From assembly GCF_006345805.1 (NCBI RefSeq), contig NC_042998.1:185752001-185816000 (forward strand): a stretch of DNA of 64,000 nucleotides, given 5' to 3'. The notes below the pieces were generated by a model. It did not search any database, was not told the DNA's origin, and saw nothing but the letters and a program-made list of their open reading frames with translations. Position numbers and translations under genes: made by a program. Source of the DNA: Octopus sinensis. Lineage: Eukaryota. Shown piece by piece: positions 50,446 through 64,000 of the stretch; position 1 is the first letter of the stretch, and the number at the start of each line of letters is the position of its first letter.

Positions 50446-53427
50446 CTATAAAAAGTGGTCTTCTACATTGTAACAATGACAATAATGATATAATAAAGGG
50501 CCTTTTCAACAAACTAACAATTAATATCTTTCGTCTCTCATTTATTTATACCATATCTCTGTTACAAAATATTAATGATGAAGGAGAATGCAATTTGGAC
50601 AATGGAATCTGTGTGAAACTGGCTAATTCGGAGGAGCAGAAGCTATTGTAGTGGAGAAAGAAAGAATGGGAGATGGACTAACATGTTTTGGAGCAGTAGT
50701 TGTATTGTTTTGGTGAGTGAATTATTACCAATAAGCCAGATAGTCTAACTTATTTTATTTTTAATTTTCATTATTTATTTATTCATTTGTTTGTTTTTAT
50801 ATGAGTGGTCTGCTCTAGAATGTTTGTGTATATAACAGCTACAACATTCTGCACTGGGGTAGTAGTAGTCTTATATCAATTACACTTATATCAATAAGGT
50901 GGCGAGCTGGCAGAAATGTTAGTGCACCGGGTGAAATGCTTTGCGGTATTTCATCTGTCGTTACGTTCTGAGTTCAAATTCTGCTGAGGTCAACTTTGCC
51001 TTTCATCCTTTTGGGGTCGATAAATAAGTATCAGTTATGCACTGGGTTGATGTAATCGACTTAATCCCTTTGTCTGTCCTTGTTTGTCCCCTCTATGTTT
51101 AGCCTCTTGTGGGTAGTAAAGAAATCTATATCAATTACACTTGTACTTTGAAGAGAGCAGGTATCAAACTAGGGCTAAAATATTTTCTGGCTTTAATGAG
51201 GATGCCTTTGTTATTCAGTTTTGGCTTGCAGTTGGGGTGAAACATCAAATTGTAGGGTCTAGTATTTATAGAGAGTGTAGGGTTTTAAACATATTAATAC
51301 TCTTCACTTTTCTTTGTGGCTTAGTGGTTAGGGTGTTGGATTCATGATTGTAAAGTTGTGGGTTCAACTGCTCAACTGGGAGATGCATCGTGTTCTTGAG
51401 CAAAATGCTTCATTTCACGTTACTCCAGTTTGATCAGTGGGCAAAAATGAGTAATCCTGTAATGGACTGACATCAGGAAACTGGCTCCATGAGTCAACAT
51501 AGCCCAGAAAGGAAGGAACTTACTTTTCTTAGCATGTCTATTGTTAAGAATCTATTCTTGACATGTGTAATGATTGTTTTGGAGCATTTGAAGAAGACTT
51601 GGTTATCATACATCCATTAAAAGATGCCTTTAGCATTTCTGTTCATAGAAATAAGGTGGGTAGCTCCAGTGTGAAGCAATTTGATTGTTCGTGAATGTCC
51701 CCTGGATGTGGAAAATTAAGGAAGTGTGAAGGGTGGTTAGAAGTAACAACATGCAGGACTTTAATACAGAGAAGGAAGCTTGTGGAGATAAGGTTGAAAT
51801 ACGAGGCACACGAGGGTTGCTGATGTTGGTTGTATTGAACTCCATGTCACATCCCACGACGGTGTGATCTGACAGGACACTTTTGATGTAACAGATGCTT
51901 GATGGAGAGGCTATTTGGGAAATTTAACTTGAAGTATTTTGTGCTAGTCACATTCGAAGCTTTTATTGATAAGAAAGGAAATGATATAACTTAATAAGAA
52001 GCCAGCTGCGTTGATGATTACTGAATAAGGAAAAGGAACTCAAAATGTTAAAAATATAATCGTCTATGTCTCCAGAATATCTGTTGTTGATATGTATGTA
52101 TCCTAACATGCAGAAAAGTGGTTTAAAAGGGACTTGTGTATTAACAGAAAACATCTACAGTTTAAGAATTTAGATAGGGAGTGACAGAATTTATGAAATT
52201 CAGACATTACCTATGATTAGATTAAATATTTGTGATTAAAACTGCTTGAATCAATATACTTGCATATGTGTTTACAATCGTATCATGTCCAGATAAGTAA
52301 GTGAAATTCGGATGCAGATGCATGGTTACATGGATATATATGTAACGGCAGAATTTTGGATCTGTAAACAATTGTAACGGTCGAAATCGATTTGTAAACA
52401 ATATTAAGAATTGTCGTAGTTAGCAACAGTTGTGACGATAATTATTTGTTGTTATAACTGTATGTCGTAAGATGTGAAAGATGAACAATGCATGAAGTTT
52501 AAAGAAAGTAATTTATTTACCGTTACGTTACAATACCTTGCCTCGGCGGGCAGGTTTTGATACATCCAAAAGCATGCGAAGTAAAGTTTGTGTATGTGTC
52601 CTCTTCATTGTTTAGTAGTAATTGCTGAGTCAAATAGAATGATGTTGTAAGAGAACATAATTAGAGCTAGTGAGAGTTGTAGGGTGTCGGACGTTGCTGA
52701 CAGTAAACTTCATTTCTCCCTCTGACCAAAGTTCTAGCTGGTCAGCCAGACTTCGTTCTCACTGAGTTATCACCTCAGTGACCAACTGATTTTTGCTTGG
52801 GATGTGCTGGCTTATATAACTATCTAGAAGGATAGATATATCATTGAGAACAATAGATTTAGTTGGTGATCTTGTTATCTCTATGCTAGCTTTTGGTGAA
52901 GTAGAAGAAGTTAGAAAGGGTCAAGTAGTGAAGACATTATTTCGGCCTAGCTAAAGGCATCTGGAAAACGTAAAAACTGCTGTCAGAGAAAAACCATTGT
53001 TCCATCGTGGGAAAAGTTCTGTCGCAGTGTTAATTTACATTTGGCTATGATGGATCGAATCCACTTCATGCATGCACGATTCACTACATATACATTATAA
53101 ACATACATGGTATACATAATAATTACAAGTATACGAGCAGGAAATTATTCACATACATTTTTATTTTTATAAGCGTCCACAAACGCAACACATACATATA
53201 AATGATAGCACATGAAATTAACGAATTCCACTGTATATTTATACACACAATAATAATTATACATAAAAAAAGAATACAAATTCAACAGGAAATGTTTAAA
53301 AGGTTACTTAAAAACTCCCCGCTTTTTTTCTGCTTGAAAAGATACTTCTTTGGCTAATCTCCAAACTCAACATAACATACTTAAAGTGAAATATAACAGA
53401 GGGTCTTAAATCATTTGTCACCACCGA

Positions 53428-53481
<54 letters not shown>

Positions 53482-55991
53482 ATGAATATGCAATATGATA
53501 TTTCCTTCTGAAAAGGAGTTCAGTCATATGTCAATTAAGAACACACTATTCAATTTCAATTTTGGAATTAGTGAAAATACATGCTTGGATAATCAAAATT
53601 CCGTGCTAACTAATAAATAATTAATGCAGAAATAGGATTTTTACTCAAGAAATTGAATTTCGACTTAATTACTTCGAAGCCATTCTTAGCGTTACTAATA
53701 AAGCATTTTTTGTTTTGTTTTAAATTCAAAGTTTCAAAAGAATTTTGAGTTCAGATCAATAATTTTGGATTACCATTAACCAGAGTGAATGCCTTCATTT
53801 CATCGATCAATACTTTTCCTTGACCATATTTCACATATTTAATAAGTTTGGCTATTTGTTCAAGGTTCTTGTCATTGGAGATATTTGCCCAGCAGAAATA
53901 AACCCCTTGTCAAGAGGAAGCTTCAATGATGTCACTCAATCTCCTAGTAATAACTGCTAAACCTTCCCATATTTGCACCCCATAGTATTAGAAAAGTGAA
54001 GAACACACTTATTTCTTTATTGCCCACAAGGGGCCAAACATAAAGGGGACAAACAAGGACAGACAAAGGGATTAAGTCGATTACATCGACCCCAGTGCGT
54101 AACTGGTACTTAATTTATCGACCCCGAAAGGATGAAAGGCAAAGTCGAACTTGGCGGAATTTGAACTCAGAACGTAACGGCAGACGAAATATCGCTTAGC
54201 ATTTCGCCCTGCGTGCTAACGTTTCTGTCAGCTCGCCGCCTTAAGAAGAACACACTTGATAAAGTCTGAAAAAGATGGAACGGTCATAGATGGAACGTCT
54301 TTGGTGATACGAATGCTTCCTCAAAGTTCGCCTGGTGATAAACAAACAACCTGCTACAAATCCCCACGAATCAGAAAGTAAAGTCTTTATGCTGTCGCTC
54401 TATCTATAAGAAATAATCCCTCGAATCACTTCAAATATAATAAAGTTCCAGATACACTGCTTGAATAAAAGATGGGTTTGTTACAGATGGAATGATTTTG
54501 ATCACAAGTCTGCTCAACAATGTTTGTATAATGCATCCTCGATGTCAATGGAATTAGAATAAAAGAATCAGATTTTAAGATTGGGTTAAAAGACAACATC
54601 AATTTCTATAGTTCCTTCTCGAGCCATACCTGGCTCATAAGGGCCGGTTTCCCGGCTTCTTGGCATATAGGTTCTCCACCTGGACGGGACACCGGTCCGT
54701 CGCAGGTTAGCTGCTAGATGCAGGAGGAAAGAGTGAGAGAAAGTTGTGGTGAAAGAGTCAGCAGAAGTTCGCCATTACCTTCTGCCGGAGTCGCGTGGAG
54801 TTTAGGCGTTTCACTCATAAACACACACATCGCCCGGTCTGAGATTCGAACCCTCGATCCCTCGACCGCGAGTCCGCTGCTCTAACTACTAGGCCATGTG
54901 CCTCCACTGTCGGTCAAGGTTGACTAAGTGGCTGCATCTATATCTTTTATTCATTACTTATTTCATTCACTGGACTGTGGCCATACTGAGGCCTTGCCTT
55001 AAAAGGTTTAATCGAACAAATCGAACCCAATGACTTGGCACTTATTTTAAAGTCTCTTTTGCCGGACCGATAAGTTACAGGGCGTAAACAAACCAACGCA
55101 GGTTATCAAGCAGTGGTAGAGGACAAACAGAAGCACACATTGATATACATATACATGCGCACACGACGGGCTTCATTCGGTTTCCGTCTACCAAATCCAC
55201 TCACAAAGTTTTGGTCGGTCTGAGGCTATAGTAGAAGACACTTTCCCAAAGTACCGTGCAGTGAGACTGAACTCATGGCCATATAGATGGGAAGCAAGCT
55301 TCTTAATCACACATCCACACCTGTGTAAGCCTTGCTTTGTTTTGTTTTTAGGACTGGCAGTTTCCCTTACACAGTAGTCATTCCTCTCTGCACCACTGAT
55401 GTTGTACAGGGAAAAGGCTCCCGCTTTCGCTGAGTTCCAGTGAAATCGCAAGCATGGCTGTTAGAAGAGATACTGTAAGGCAGGCACTTTTTTTATGATC
55501 TCGAAAGGATGAGAAGCAAAATTGACCTCAGCGGCATCTGAACTCAAAACGCAGAAATTCAAAACAAATACCATGTGGCTTTCTATCTAACTTGTTAACG
55601 ATTCTGCAAATTCTTCAGCCTTAACAACTTAGTGAACAATAGAAATACATAATTGATCAGCAACGTGGGAAAAAACCCCCAAACCATATCAATAATTTGA
55701 TGAATGGATCCACTTGAAGCCAGGTGCTAGAAACCTGTACAATTTTAATGACATTGCTGGCGTATTATAAAATACATGCCTCCTTATAATGAAAAATCAC
55801 CATATCAATGCCCACTATTAGAATTAGTATTATCGGAGAAGGCATACTTGTGTGGTTGAGAATGCTTCAGGCTTCAGGGTTCAATCTCATTGCGTGGCAC
55901 CTTGTGTGAGTGTCTTCTACTATAGTCCCAGTCCGACCAATACCTTTTGAGTGAATTTGGCAGACAGAAACTGTATGGACGCTCGTCGGAT

Positions 55992-56112
55992 ATGTATGTC
56001 ATTATTCAGTTTTATTTCAAGATTTCTTGCCAATAAAGAAATAACCGGTTTCTAACCTAGATCCAAGGCTCCTTCATTGGAATTTCAACATCAACAACAA
56101 GGTGTTTGTATG

Positions 56113-56144
<32 letters not shown>

Positions 56145-56560
56145 TGTATGTATGTATGTATGCATGTATGTATGTATGTATGTATGTATGTATGTATGTA
56201 TGTATGTATGTATGTGTGTGTGCAGATTTATATCTTTTGTTTTATGTATGTATTCTCATGGATTGAGTTACATATCTAAACATGCTCATATATACTTAAA
56301 TGATAAACTTCTGAAAAGTTTTACAGATTTTTACAGTTCCAGTGTTTGCTTGGATCTGTAGTCTTCGAATCAGCTTTCTCCTTTCTAGTTCTGAGAAGCC
56401 TAATTTCTCAAGATTTAGGCAGTGTGTTACATATCCCAGTGCCCCAATAATTACAGGCATAAACCTGAACTTGTAATGTGGATAAAGTAACTGCAGATTC
56501 CTCAATAGTTCAGCATATGTGTTCTCTTTTTCCCTGATCTTCAGCTTTGGATTACTTAAT
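55992..56560 (-). mobile_element. R4/Dong-like non-LTR retrotransposon 3' end (restriction-like endonuclease C-terminus + 3'UTR + TACA tail)
   Basis: KLKIREKENTYAELLRNLQLLYPHYKFRFMPVIIGALG...LEKLG...LQ....TVKICKTF*; the extreme 3' end recurs at 59612-59675. Confidence 0.7.
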
Positions 56561-58642
56561 ACTTTTTAGTAGAGTACATATTAACCTTTACAATGAAAAG
56601 GTTGACAGTGACTCCGAAATTTCGGCTTGTTCAAACTGTCTAAAGATATTAGAGATTATCTAATACTGTATGTAGATCAATGAGCCCTTAGAGTATTTAT
56701 TTTAGCACTTCTCAATTTTGAAATCTTTATACGATTTCAAGTTGGTCATACAAATCGTCAACTGAGCAAACAACTATTGGATTTGTATGCGAAGATGAAC
56801 TAAAGTTTAGTAGGTATTAACAACAATGAAATTGAGCTCGGCAGGGTTTGAACTCAGAACGTAGAAGGCTGGAACAAATACTGCAAGGCATTTTGTTTTA
56901 CGCTCCAACGACTGCGCCAATTCACTTCTCAGGTTGAAAAGTTATTTAGACGAAGAAAAAGGAGAAAGAAAAGGATGTGGAAGAGAAAAAATAGGTGAAG
57001 GTGAACGAAAAGAAGAAGAGGGGGATGAACCAAATCTTTGCAAGTTCTCCCAAGCTGATGAAAATTAAGTGGATGATGCCTAGACTGAACATTTGTAGGT
57101 CAATGACTGCTTTAAAAAAAGCGTGGGTGGAGAGAAAATACTTGGACCAAGTAGCGGAATTAAAATGAACAATGTTAAATTTTCTTTTGAACGGAACAAA
57201 AATCATTGATTTTAAAAACAATAAATTGAAATAATTATGATCAGCTGATATGTTTTCTTTTCTTTTTTCTTTCTCTCTTTCAAACAACAGTGACAGTATT
57301 GTCAACAACAACATTAACACTAACAATGATTACAACAACAAACAAAACAGTTTAAAAAGAATTTTCCATAACTGCATGGGTTATTCGCACGTGATTGGGT
57401 TACTATTTGTTATTTACAATAGCTTTTATTAGGGAGATGTAGTTGAATATTATTCTTATTTACATGTGACAAAATACAAACAAAGTAGTAAAGAGTATTC
57501 AATATGTTTCGTAGGGAAATGCTATTGTTATTTTGAAATTTAGTTTTTCTCCATTACTTAAATTTTCACTCTGGAGAAACGTTCATCAGATGCCATATCT
57601 ACAGCCTCTTTTTTTGAAATATTTACGTTATTATCGTTGATATTTCGCATCGTGAGATGATGTGTAGTAAGCTTACAGTCAGCTCATTTGTTTACGTCGG
57701 GTTGATGAACTAAAGTCGTAAATTGCTGTTGTAGTTTGTCAGGTAGAATTTGTTTTTGTGACAACATTTTGACATTATCTCTGTTCGTTGGTTTAAAGTA
57801 TTAGTCTGTTTAACTATTATATGATATTTCTCTTTTGTGCAAGTTGTCATAATTATCTAACCATATTTAATATTATATCAGACATGAAGGTGGTAGGCCA
57901 GTAGAATCGTTACTCTGCGGGACAAAATACTTAGCAGTATTTTTTTTTCGGTTTTACGTTCTGACTTCAAATAGCACTGACGTTGACTTTGCTTTCCACA
58001 TTTTTGGGATTGATAAAATAAGGACCAGTTGAGCTCTGGAGTTGATATAATCGACTTACCTACTTCCCTCAAATAGCTGGCCTCGTGCCAAAATAAGAAG
58101 GAATATTATATCAAACATGGGCAATCTTTTTCGAGCAGTGGGCCGCATGAGGTATGGCTCATCAAAGGCGGATTGCACTCTTGAAAAAATTCAAGGTAAT
58201 TTTTCGTTGAAAGTACTTCAGCCATTTTCACTATAGAAGACCAAAAACGTAAGCATTCGGCTTTAGAAATGAAGCGAAGTAAAGTTTTGTTAATTCCAAA
58301 ATAAAACAACGTTACGCAACGCGTATAATGCTACGCGATACATGAGTGTAGTTGTAGCCGCTGATTTATCGCAAGAAATTGCTATTCGCGGTGGAAACAG
58401 AAATTAAGCATAAAATCAATAATTTTCATTCGTGTCCTGTGTAGAGCTGCCAATTCAAGGCTCTTGAATGTTTGGAAGGTTCTAAATTGACTCTGAAGCA
58501 TGTTGAAAATTATACGGATGACTGTCAACGGCAAATGTTTGTATCCACAGCGCAACAGGCATTAATAAGTAAGGGAGGTTAGATAGATATTTAATTGTTA
58601 TTCTTCCTTGACACCAGCTTCCCCACACCTCTTTGAGGGAGT

Positions 58643-58704
<62 letters not shown>

Positions 58705-58899
58705 GAAACAAAACTAACATTTTAATAAATGTTATTTTCCTTATGAACTCGATGTTTCACTCAGAAAGTCAAACGGGCCGCAGTTTTCCTATGACCATTA
58801 TATACAGTTTTATACGCTAGCCACTTATTCTCAATAACTGTATATCTTAGCCTAATAGCAAAATTTCAGACGGAATTTTCAGCCGTTTGATAAAAAATT

Positions 58900-59380
58900 T
58901 TGGTATTTAAAGAAGATAGACTATCTGATGTAGGCCGGGAAGAGCAGGATGGAGGAGTTATCGTTCTAGTTTGTACTAAATATCTTATAATCTTTACTTA
59001 GATTGAAGCTTTTCTTTACGATCAAAATGTTCTATTTCAATTCTGATTGCACAACCTCGTTTCTCTATTATAGACGAATAACTTTTTTTCTTTAATTCAT
59101 TCAGCTATTAACGATATTCGGAAGATTTATACTAAATTTATTTCTTTGGTGAATTTGTAATCAGCGAAGATTTCAATATTTTTAACTTAACTTTTTCCCT
59201 CCCAAATCTTCTTTTGGTTCTTTCAGTTAGTGTTCCATAAATTTTCATTAAGCTTGCATTTTAATTAGCTGAATCGTTAACCTAAATTTATTCTTTTTCT
59301 TTTGCATTTCTTATATTTCCGGTAATTTGGAAAGTTGCTTACGTCCTTCCAATGCAGAAAAAGTACTCAGCATCTTACGT
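58900..59380 (+). mobile_element. Degenerate CR1-type LINE fragments
   Basis: GR....GGV.V endonuclease-like piece and WKVAYVLPMQKK RT-start motif. Confidence 0.45.
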
Positions 59381-59864
59381 ATAAAATACAAACCTTCGAG
59401 TTTATTATATACATATAGCAAACCATTTAAATCCACATAAGAGAAAATATAAATAATTGAACTCAAACTATACTTTTATCTATTAATTGTCATAGCTTTC
59501 GACCAAGTCATTTCACAATTATCCAATTGCTCCTTGACTAGATATTTGAACGAAAGAAACAGATCATAACACTATGTATGTATGTAATGTAAGGCAATGT
59601 ATATATATATGTATGTATGTCATTGTTCAGTTTTATTTCAAGATTTCTTTCCAATAGAGAAAGAGCCTGTTTCTATGTGTATGTATATATTGCATAATTT
59701 TGTGAAATTTATATTATTTTAAGCTACACACATGCATGCATATATACATTGAATGTAAGTTTTATTACAATTTTTCTTATAGAGAATCTGCGCCGGGCAA
59801 AAAGAAAAAAACACGCAAAGGGTGACGTTTTCTGTGGTTAACCACTCAGTATCCGAACTATCAG

Positions 59865-60120
59865 TCATATATATCCTATGTTTCTCTGAGAAATTCCTCA
59901 TTCATGAAGGTGTATGTATAATTAGAAAATGGCTTTTAGCGCTGCAGTTGTGCGTAACGATATTTTTTCCGCAATTCGCTTGAGATGTAACCTTTGCTTC
60001 ATAAATAATTGCTTTTTTACGCATCTTCCATTAAAAAGGACAAGTCTTCTTTACATTACCAGGTGTATCACCATTTCAAGAATTGCAAAGTACTAAAAAT
60101 TTCTGCAATCCTGAAGCGAT
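59865..60120 (-). mobile_element. Penelope-like GIY-YIG fragment
   Basis: KTCPFNGRCVKKAIIYEAKVT and FSNYTYTFMNEEFLRET resemble CPL.G.C....IIY.A.V and RY.NH..SF.NE. Confidence 0.6.
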
Positions 60121-60285
60121 GTAAATCGAGAACTTATTATTATTAACATAAAAACATTTATTTACATGAAATAAAATTACCAGAGAACTTTCATCTAATT
60201 CTTCCAAATTTTTCAGTTAAAACTGTATTGAAACCATTTGTGGGGAATTTTTTTTATCACAGCAACTGGTCGCACACCACAAGGT

Positions 60286-60525
60286 TTAACAGAACCTGCT
60301 GAAGCAAGTCAGCACGCCCGCAGCATTACCAAAGGCAATGACGAGCCTAAGGCGTTGAGAAAACCAAGCGCCCTCACGGGCATCATCTGACACCTCGGTG
60401 AGGCGAGCTGCCAACGTTGACAAGAACTTCGCGGTCAGTGACCCAGACCCTCCGAACGTCTCAAACGCCACAGGCTGGAAGGGATAGTTCACTGACAGGT
60501 CCCGGTACTTCAGGGTATTTTTTTT
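60286..60525 (-). mobile_element. CRE-clade non-LTR retrotransposon RLE C-terminal fragment
   Basis: KYRDLSVNYPFQPVAFETFGGSG...FLSTLAARL...RE.AW..QRL...GNA; GC-rich relative to flanks; no stops. Confidence 0.75.
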
Positions 60526-62982
60526 GTTTCTGACATTGGAAACTTTTGAAGAAGTATATAATATTTGACTAATATTTTATTTCATCGATCCCAGAAGGAT
60601 GAAAAGCAAAGTCAATCTTAAAGATATTTGAACTCAGAACGTAAAAAAGAAAAACCATATTTGATGGCATAAAAGACACCCGGACATACCAGACACCATC
60701 CAATTTCAGCAGCGCATACTGAGGTAAAGAGGAGACATAATTTCGTATATAGGACGCAGGGTAAGGTTTTGAGGCATCTTTTTCTTAAAACAAAAAGGGG
60801 ACTTCTTATATGCCATCAAATACGGTTACTAAAAATTGCAAGGTATTCTGCCAATTCTGCCCAAATCACCGAATTCATTCCTTCCCTCTACTGCTGCAGT
60901 TTTCTCCACCATTGTTGCTTTCAAGTTAATATGTTTCTTAACTTGACATAAAGACGTAAATTTACAGAGCAGGGTGTCTACTTCTGATATACAACAGTAC
61001 TTATCTCGGTGGGGTTTGATCGCATAATATTTCGTAATTTAAAACTGTGAAATATTAGTTCGGCACAATGCCGTTTCTTCCTTATTAGCATAATTGGTAC
61101 TTATTTTTCCGGTCTCTGAGGAATATGAAATTAGAGCATATACATTGCTAATCACGGTGCATTTCTATTTCTATCATCGACTATCCTCTGGCTTAAAATT
61201 AAAATTTGTAATTCCTAACTATTGTTAATCGATGCATATTGTGATGGATTTATTGGATCAAACATGTGTATTAGCAACACTGTATTAGAAAGCCTATTAA
61301 ACGTTAAACACCATAAATAACAAAAGTCTCTAGCAACATCTAACGAGAATAATTAAGTGAAAGAAACTTTCGTAAAATTGTTTTTATTTATAATTATTGA
61401 TAATGAATTATAAAAGGGCTTAACATTAATTCAGCACATGGAATTGTCAGCCAGTCAAAGCATCATCTTAAAAGTGAGCCAGAGAAAATTGAACCGTAGG
61501 AGTCCTTAAAAACACACGAGAAAAACTTTGATGGAGGATTGTGGTACTGTGACCACTGATGGACTTAGGACACTAAGCATGGAATGAGATATATGATGCG
61601 TCTTTGCATTTTATTTATCTTCCAGGCATATTGCCTTGAGTTTTCTATTCTAACACTTTGACGTTTTTATGGTGAACCTGTATATTTTCCTTTTATAATT
61701 GTCCCATTTTATTTATACATGCATCAAATTTTATATAAAACTGTAGTGAGTCAGGAAAGATCTATTTTGTTGTTGTGGCATAGTTCAGGGCTGGATCTGT
61801 TTAAATACAAACGGCAGTGATCTGCCTTAGCAGTGAAGCGGCAGTTTCAAGTCAGTTGGTGAATAGACGGCCTAGAAGTAATATCTCTTTGACATGCAAC
61901 AATTTTTGTGTTCACCACCAATTTCACACAACTCACTTGAATGATATCAGCTACAACTCTGCTTCAAAATGAGCGGTACATTCTTGTTCTTATTAGCTTA
62001 CAACGGCTTCTACATAACACTTCTGTGCAAGAAGTAAGTCATGGGATTTTTCCTGTCTCGCATACACATGTTGATGATTCGCATAAACCTGCAGTTTAAT
62101 CATTGTTACAACTTGCCAGCATTCGTTTTATTAAAATAAAGTTTTCAATGTTTCGTTGCAAATGAGCTGCCTTCTGGCAGTCTTTATACACGCTTATCAA
62201 AAGCACACTGGAATGGACTCTCTCACGAATACTCTTCATACATTGAATCACAGAACACTCACGCTAAATTAGTGACCACCCACACTAAAAAAATTAACAG
62301 GGAACAGACAACATTTTTTTACCACCCACCGTATTGGATTTTCAGGGTCCTTGTTTCTTTTCAATCAACATTTCGAGTCCAATAACTCGTTAAAATCTGC
62401 AAGCACTCTATTTTAACTATAAATTAATTTGCACTTTGTGATTTGTGCTGGTATTTATTTTAGAAATGCAAATCTTATGGTAATTCCATTGTTTTTATCT
62501 CAGCACGGTCTTGGAGAAAATAAACCATTAATTAAAATACTTTAATTTGTTTGAAGTATATTCTCGGAACTAGAATGTTAAGTTAATAAACAAAAGTTGT
62601 TTTGTGTCTTGTACGTGATTTTGCCTATTTGCTACAAAGTAAAAAGAAAACAAAAACTGAACGAACATCTCCTACGTGTAGTGATTCCATAAATTTTGTC
62701 AAGGGTTGTAACTCCAGGTTGGCCTTCATTAAGTGAGCCAATGATCAAAGGCATTTAAACTATAATCATCGATTTTTTTCAAAATTTGTGTCGTCGCATT
62801 ATATCAATCAATGAGAATAAGGTGTAGTGTTAAGCAGTCGACCAGCTTCCTCGTAATGCCACGTAAAAATTCCAATGAGCTAACGGGGAACCTCATAAGT
62901 TGGGGACTTATCAATGAATTTAATTCATAAGAAATATATTAGAAAGGCGACCACCCCCTCTCACACCATGTCAAGAGGTTAA

Positions 62983-63380
62983 ATCTTTATATATAAAAGT
63001 GAGGTTGTGTGCTGTCTGTCTCCTACGATTTAGATTCCTAACTACTCCGACATTTTGCGGTGCAGTTTAACCAAAACCGGGTATCTTATAGTCGTGATTC
63101 ATATCGAGCCCTTTTGGGTATTAACGCGCGTCTACGATGAGTCTACGATTAAAAAAAAAAATTACCATCAATTTTCCCCATTTTTAATGCATTTTTGGCA
63201 TATATAAGGGAAGTAACTCTCTAAAAATTTATTATTAAATCTCAGAACGTAAAAAGTTACAGTAACCCCCCCCCTTTGTGGTTAGCCATATTGAGATGGC
63301 TATTATACTTTACATCTCTAAAAATGCTTATATAGTTATTTCCCTTACAAACCCGAGCAACGCCGGGGGATACTGCTAGT
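62983..63380 (+). mobile_element. Non-autonomous Helitron-type element
   Basis: 5' ATCTTTATATATAAAA; 3' CCCGAGCAACGCCGGG hairpin + CTAGT. Confidence 0.78.
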
Positions 63381-63927
63381 CAATAATAAATGAGTTATAC
63401 CTCTGGTACGTATGTAAACGTGCTGCTGAATCTCAACGACCTGCAGTTATTCAAGGATCTTTTTTTAATGAATTTGTAGCACATATAAAATCTGAATGTT
63501 GTAACATGTTAACAGTATATTTTAGCAACCTGAATCCTCGACCCGATTACAATTCTTAGAGTTTATTATACATCACGTTCGACGCGCCTGCAAATTCGAT
63601 TGTGGAAGAGGATTGGGCCTAAGCAAATTCATTTGCTCATTACGCATTATACGACGACTGGAGCTACATGAGCTAAAGAGGGTTCCTCTATATATGGACA
63701 CTCGATCTGTTAGAACTAGCAGTCAAATATCCTTCAAACTACTCTCTATCATTATAAAAGGACAATACTGGAAAATGTTTTTCATACGTAAAAAAAGATA
63801 AGGTAGTTACAATTGGGACACCTTTGATCACAGATCTGCTCAACTCTTTAATTTGGGAAGTTTGAGTTCGTGGCTGTTGAGATGTAGGGTACGTTGAAAG
63901 CATGTATAAATTAGTGATGGAACGATG

Positions 63928-64000
63928 CATATATGTATGTATGTATATGTGTATGTATGTATGTATGTATGTATGTATGTATGTATGTATGTATGTATGT
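63928..64000 (+). repeat. (TATG)n microsatellite running off the window
   Basis: Direct inspection. Confidence 0.95.

Noticed and set aside
50169-50651. 160-aa plus-strand ORF
   Set aside because: TTG start, no recognisable domain, no splice support; overlaps the tentative minus-strand exon.
54830-54906. tRNA-like sequence (also 42820-42897 and 49858-49930)
   Set aside because: These are heads of multi-copy SINEs continuing into SINE bodies; no complete acceptor stem.
56035-56090. Hammerhead-like GAAACCGGT in the R4/Dong-like 3'UTR
   Set aside because: The core reads UCCAAUGA instead of CUGAUGA, and the second copy does not preserve the pairing.
56931-57170. Open plus frame after a ttctcag acceptor (..LDEEKGERK..KWMMPRLN..KYLDQVAELK*)
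   Set aside because: Purine-rich low complexity, no recognised homology and no upstream partner exon found.
61700-62100. Possible Helitron/PIF1 helicase remnant (GRSLPFVFKQIQP on minus)
   Set aside because: Single short motif among many stops; cannot be supported without a search.

Overview
Eukaryotic, AT-rich, microsatellite- and SINE-saturated genomic DNA. The repeat content suggests a coleoid cephalopod, probably Octopus (inference, not a database result). Two convergent protein-coding genes are supported. (1) SAP18 on +: three exons (14582-14659, 15664-15770, 25538-25820) give a complete 155-aa ORF. (2) A DNase I-family gene on -: four well-supported exons (41386-41286, 39571-39310, 35877-35784, 33499-33326) splice in frame to 209 aa ending in a Ser/Thr/Pro stalk and a GPI-type hydrophobic tail. 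Several canonical catalytic/metal residues are replaced, so it may be a surface pseudo-nuclease. Its N-terminal exons are only tentatively located. The rest is transposon-derived: a full-length degenerate mariner, CR1/L2, RTE, Penelope-like, R4/Dong-like and CRE-like fragments, non-autonomous Helitrons, TTAA MITEs and at least four SINE families. The most notable non-coding structures are an 86-bp near-perfect hairpin in SAP18 intron 1, several minimal hammerhead-ribozyme motifs, inverted (TATG)n/(CATA)n arrays and head-to-head SINE pairs bracketing a DNase-like exon, and a locally templated 157-bp duplication. All alignments and folds were done by eye.
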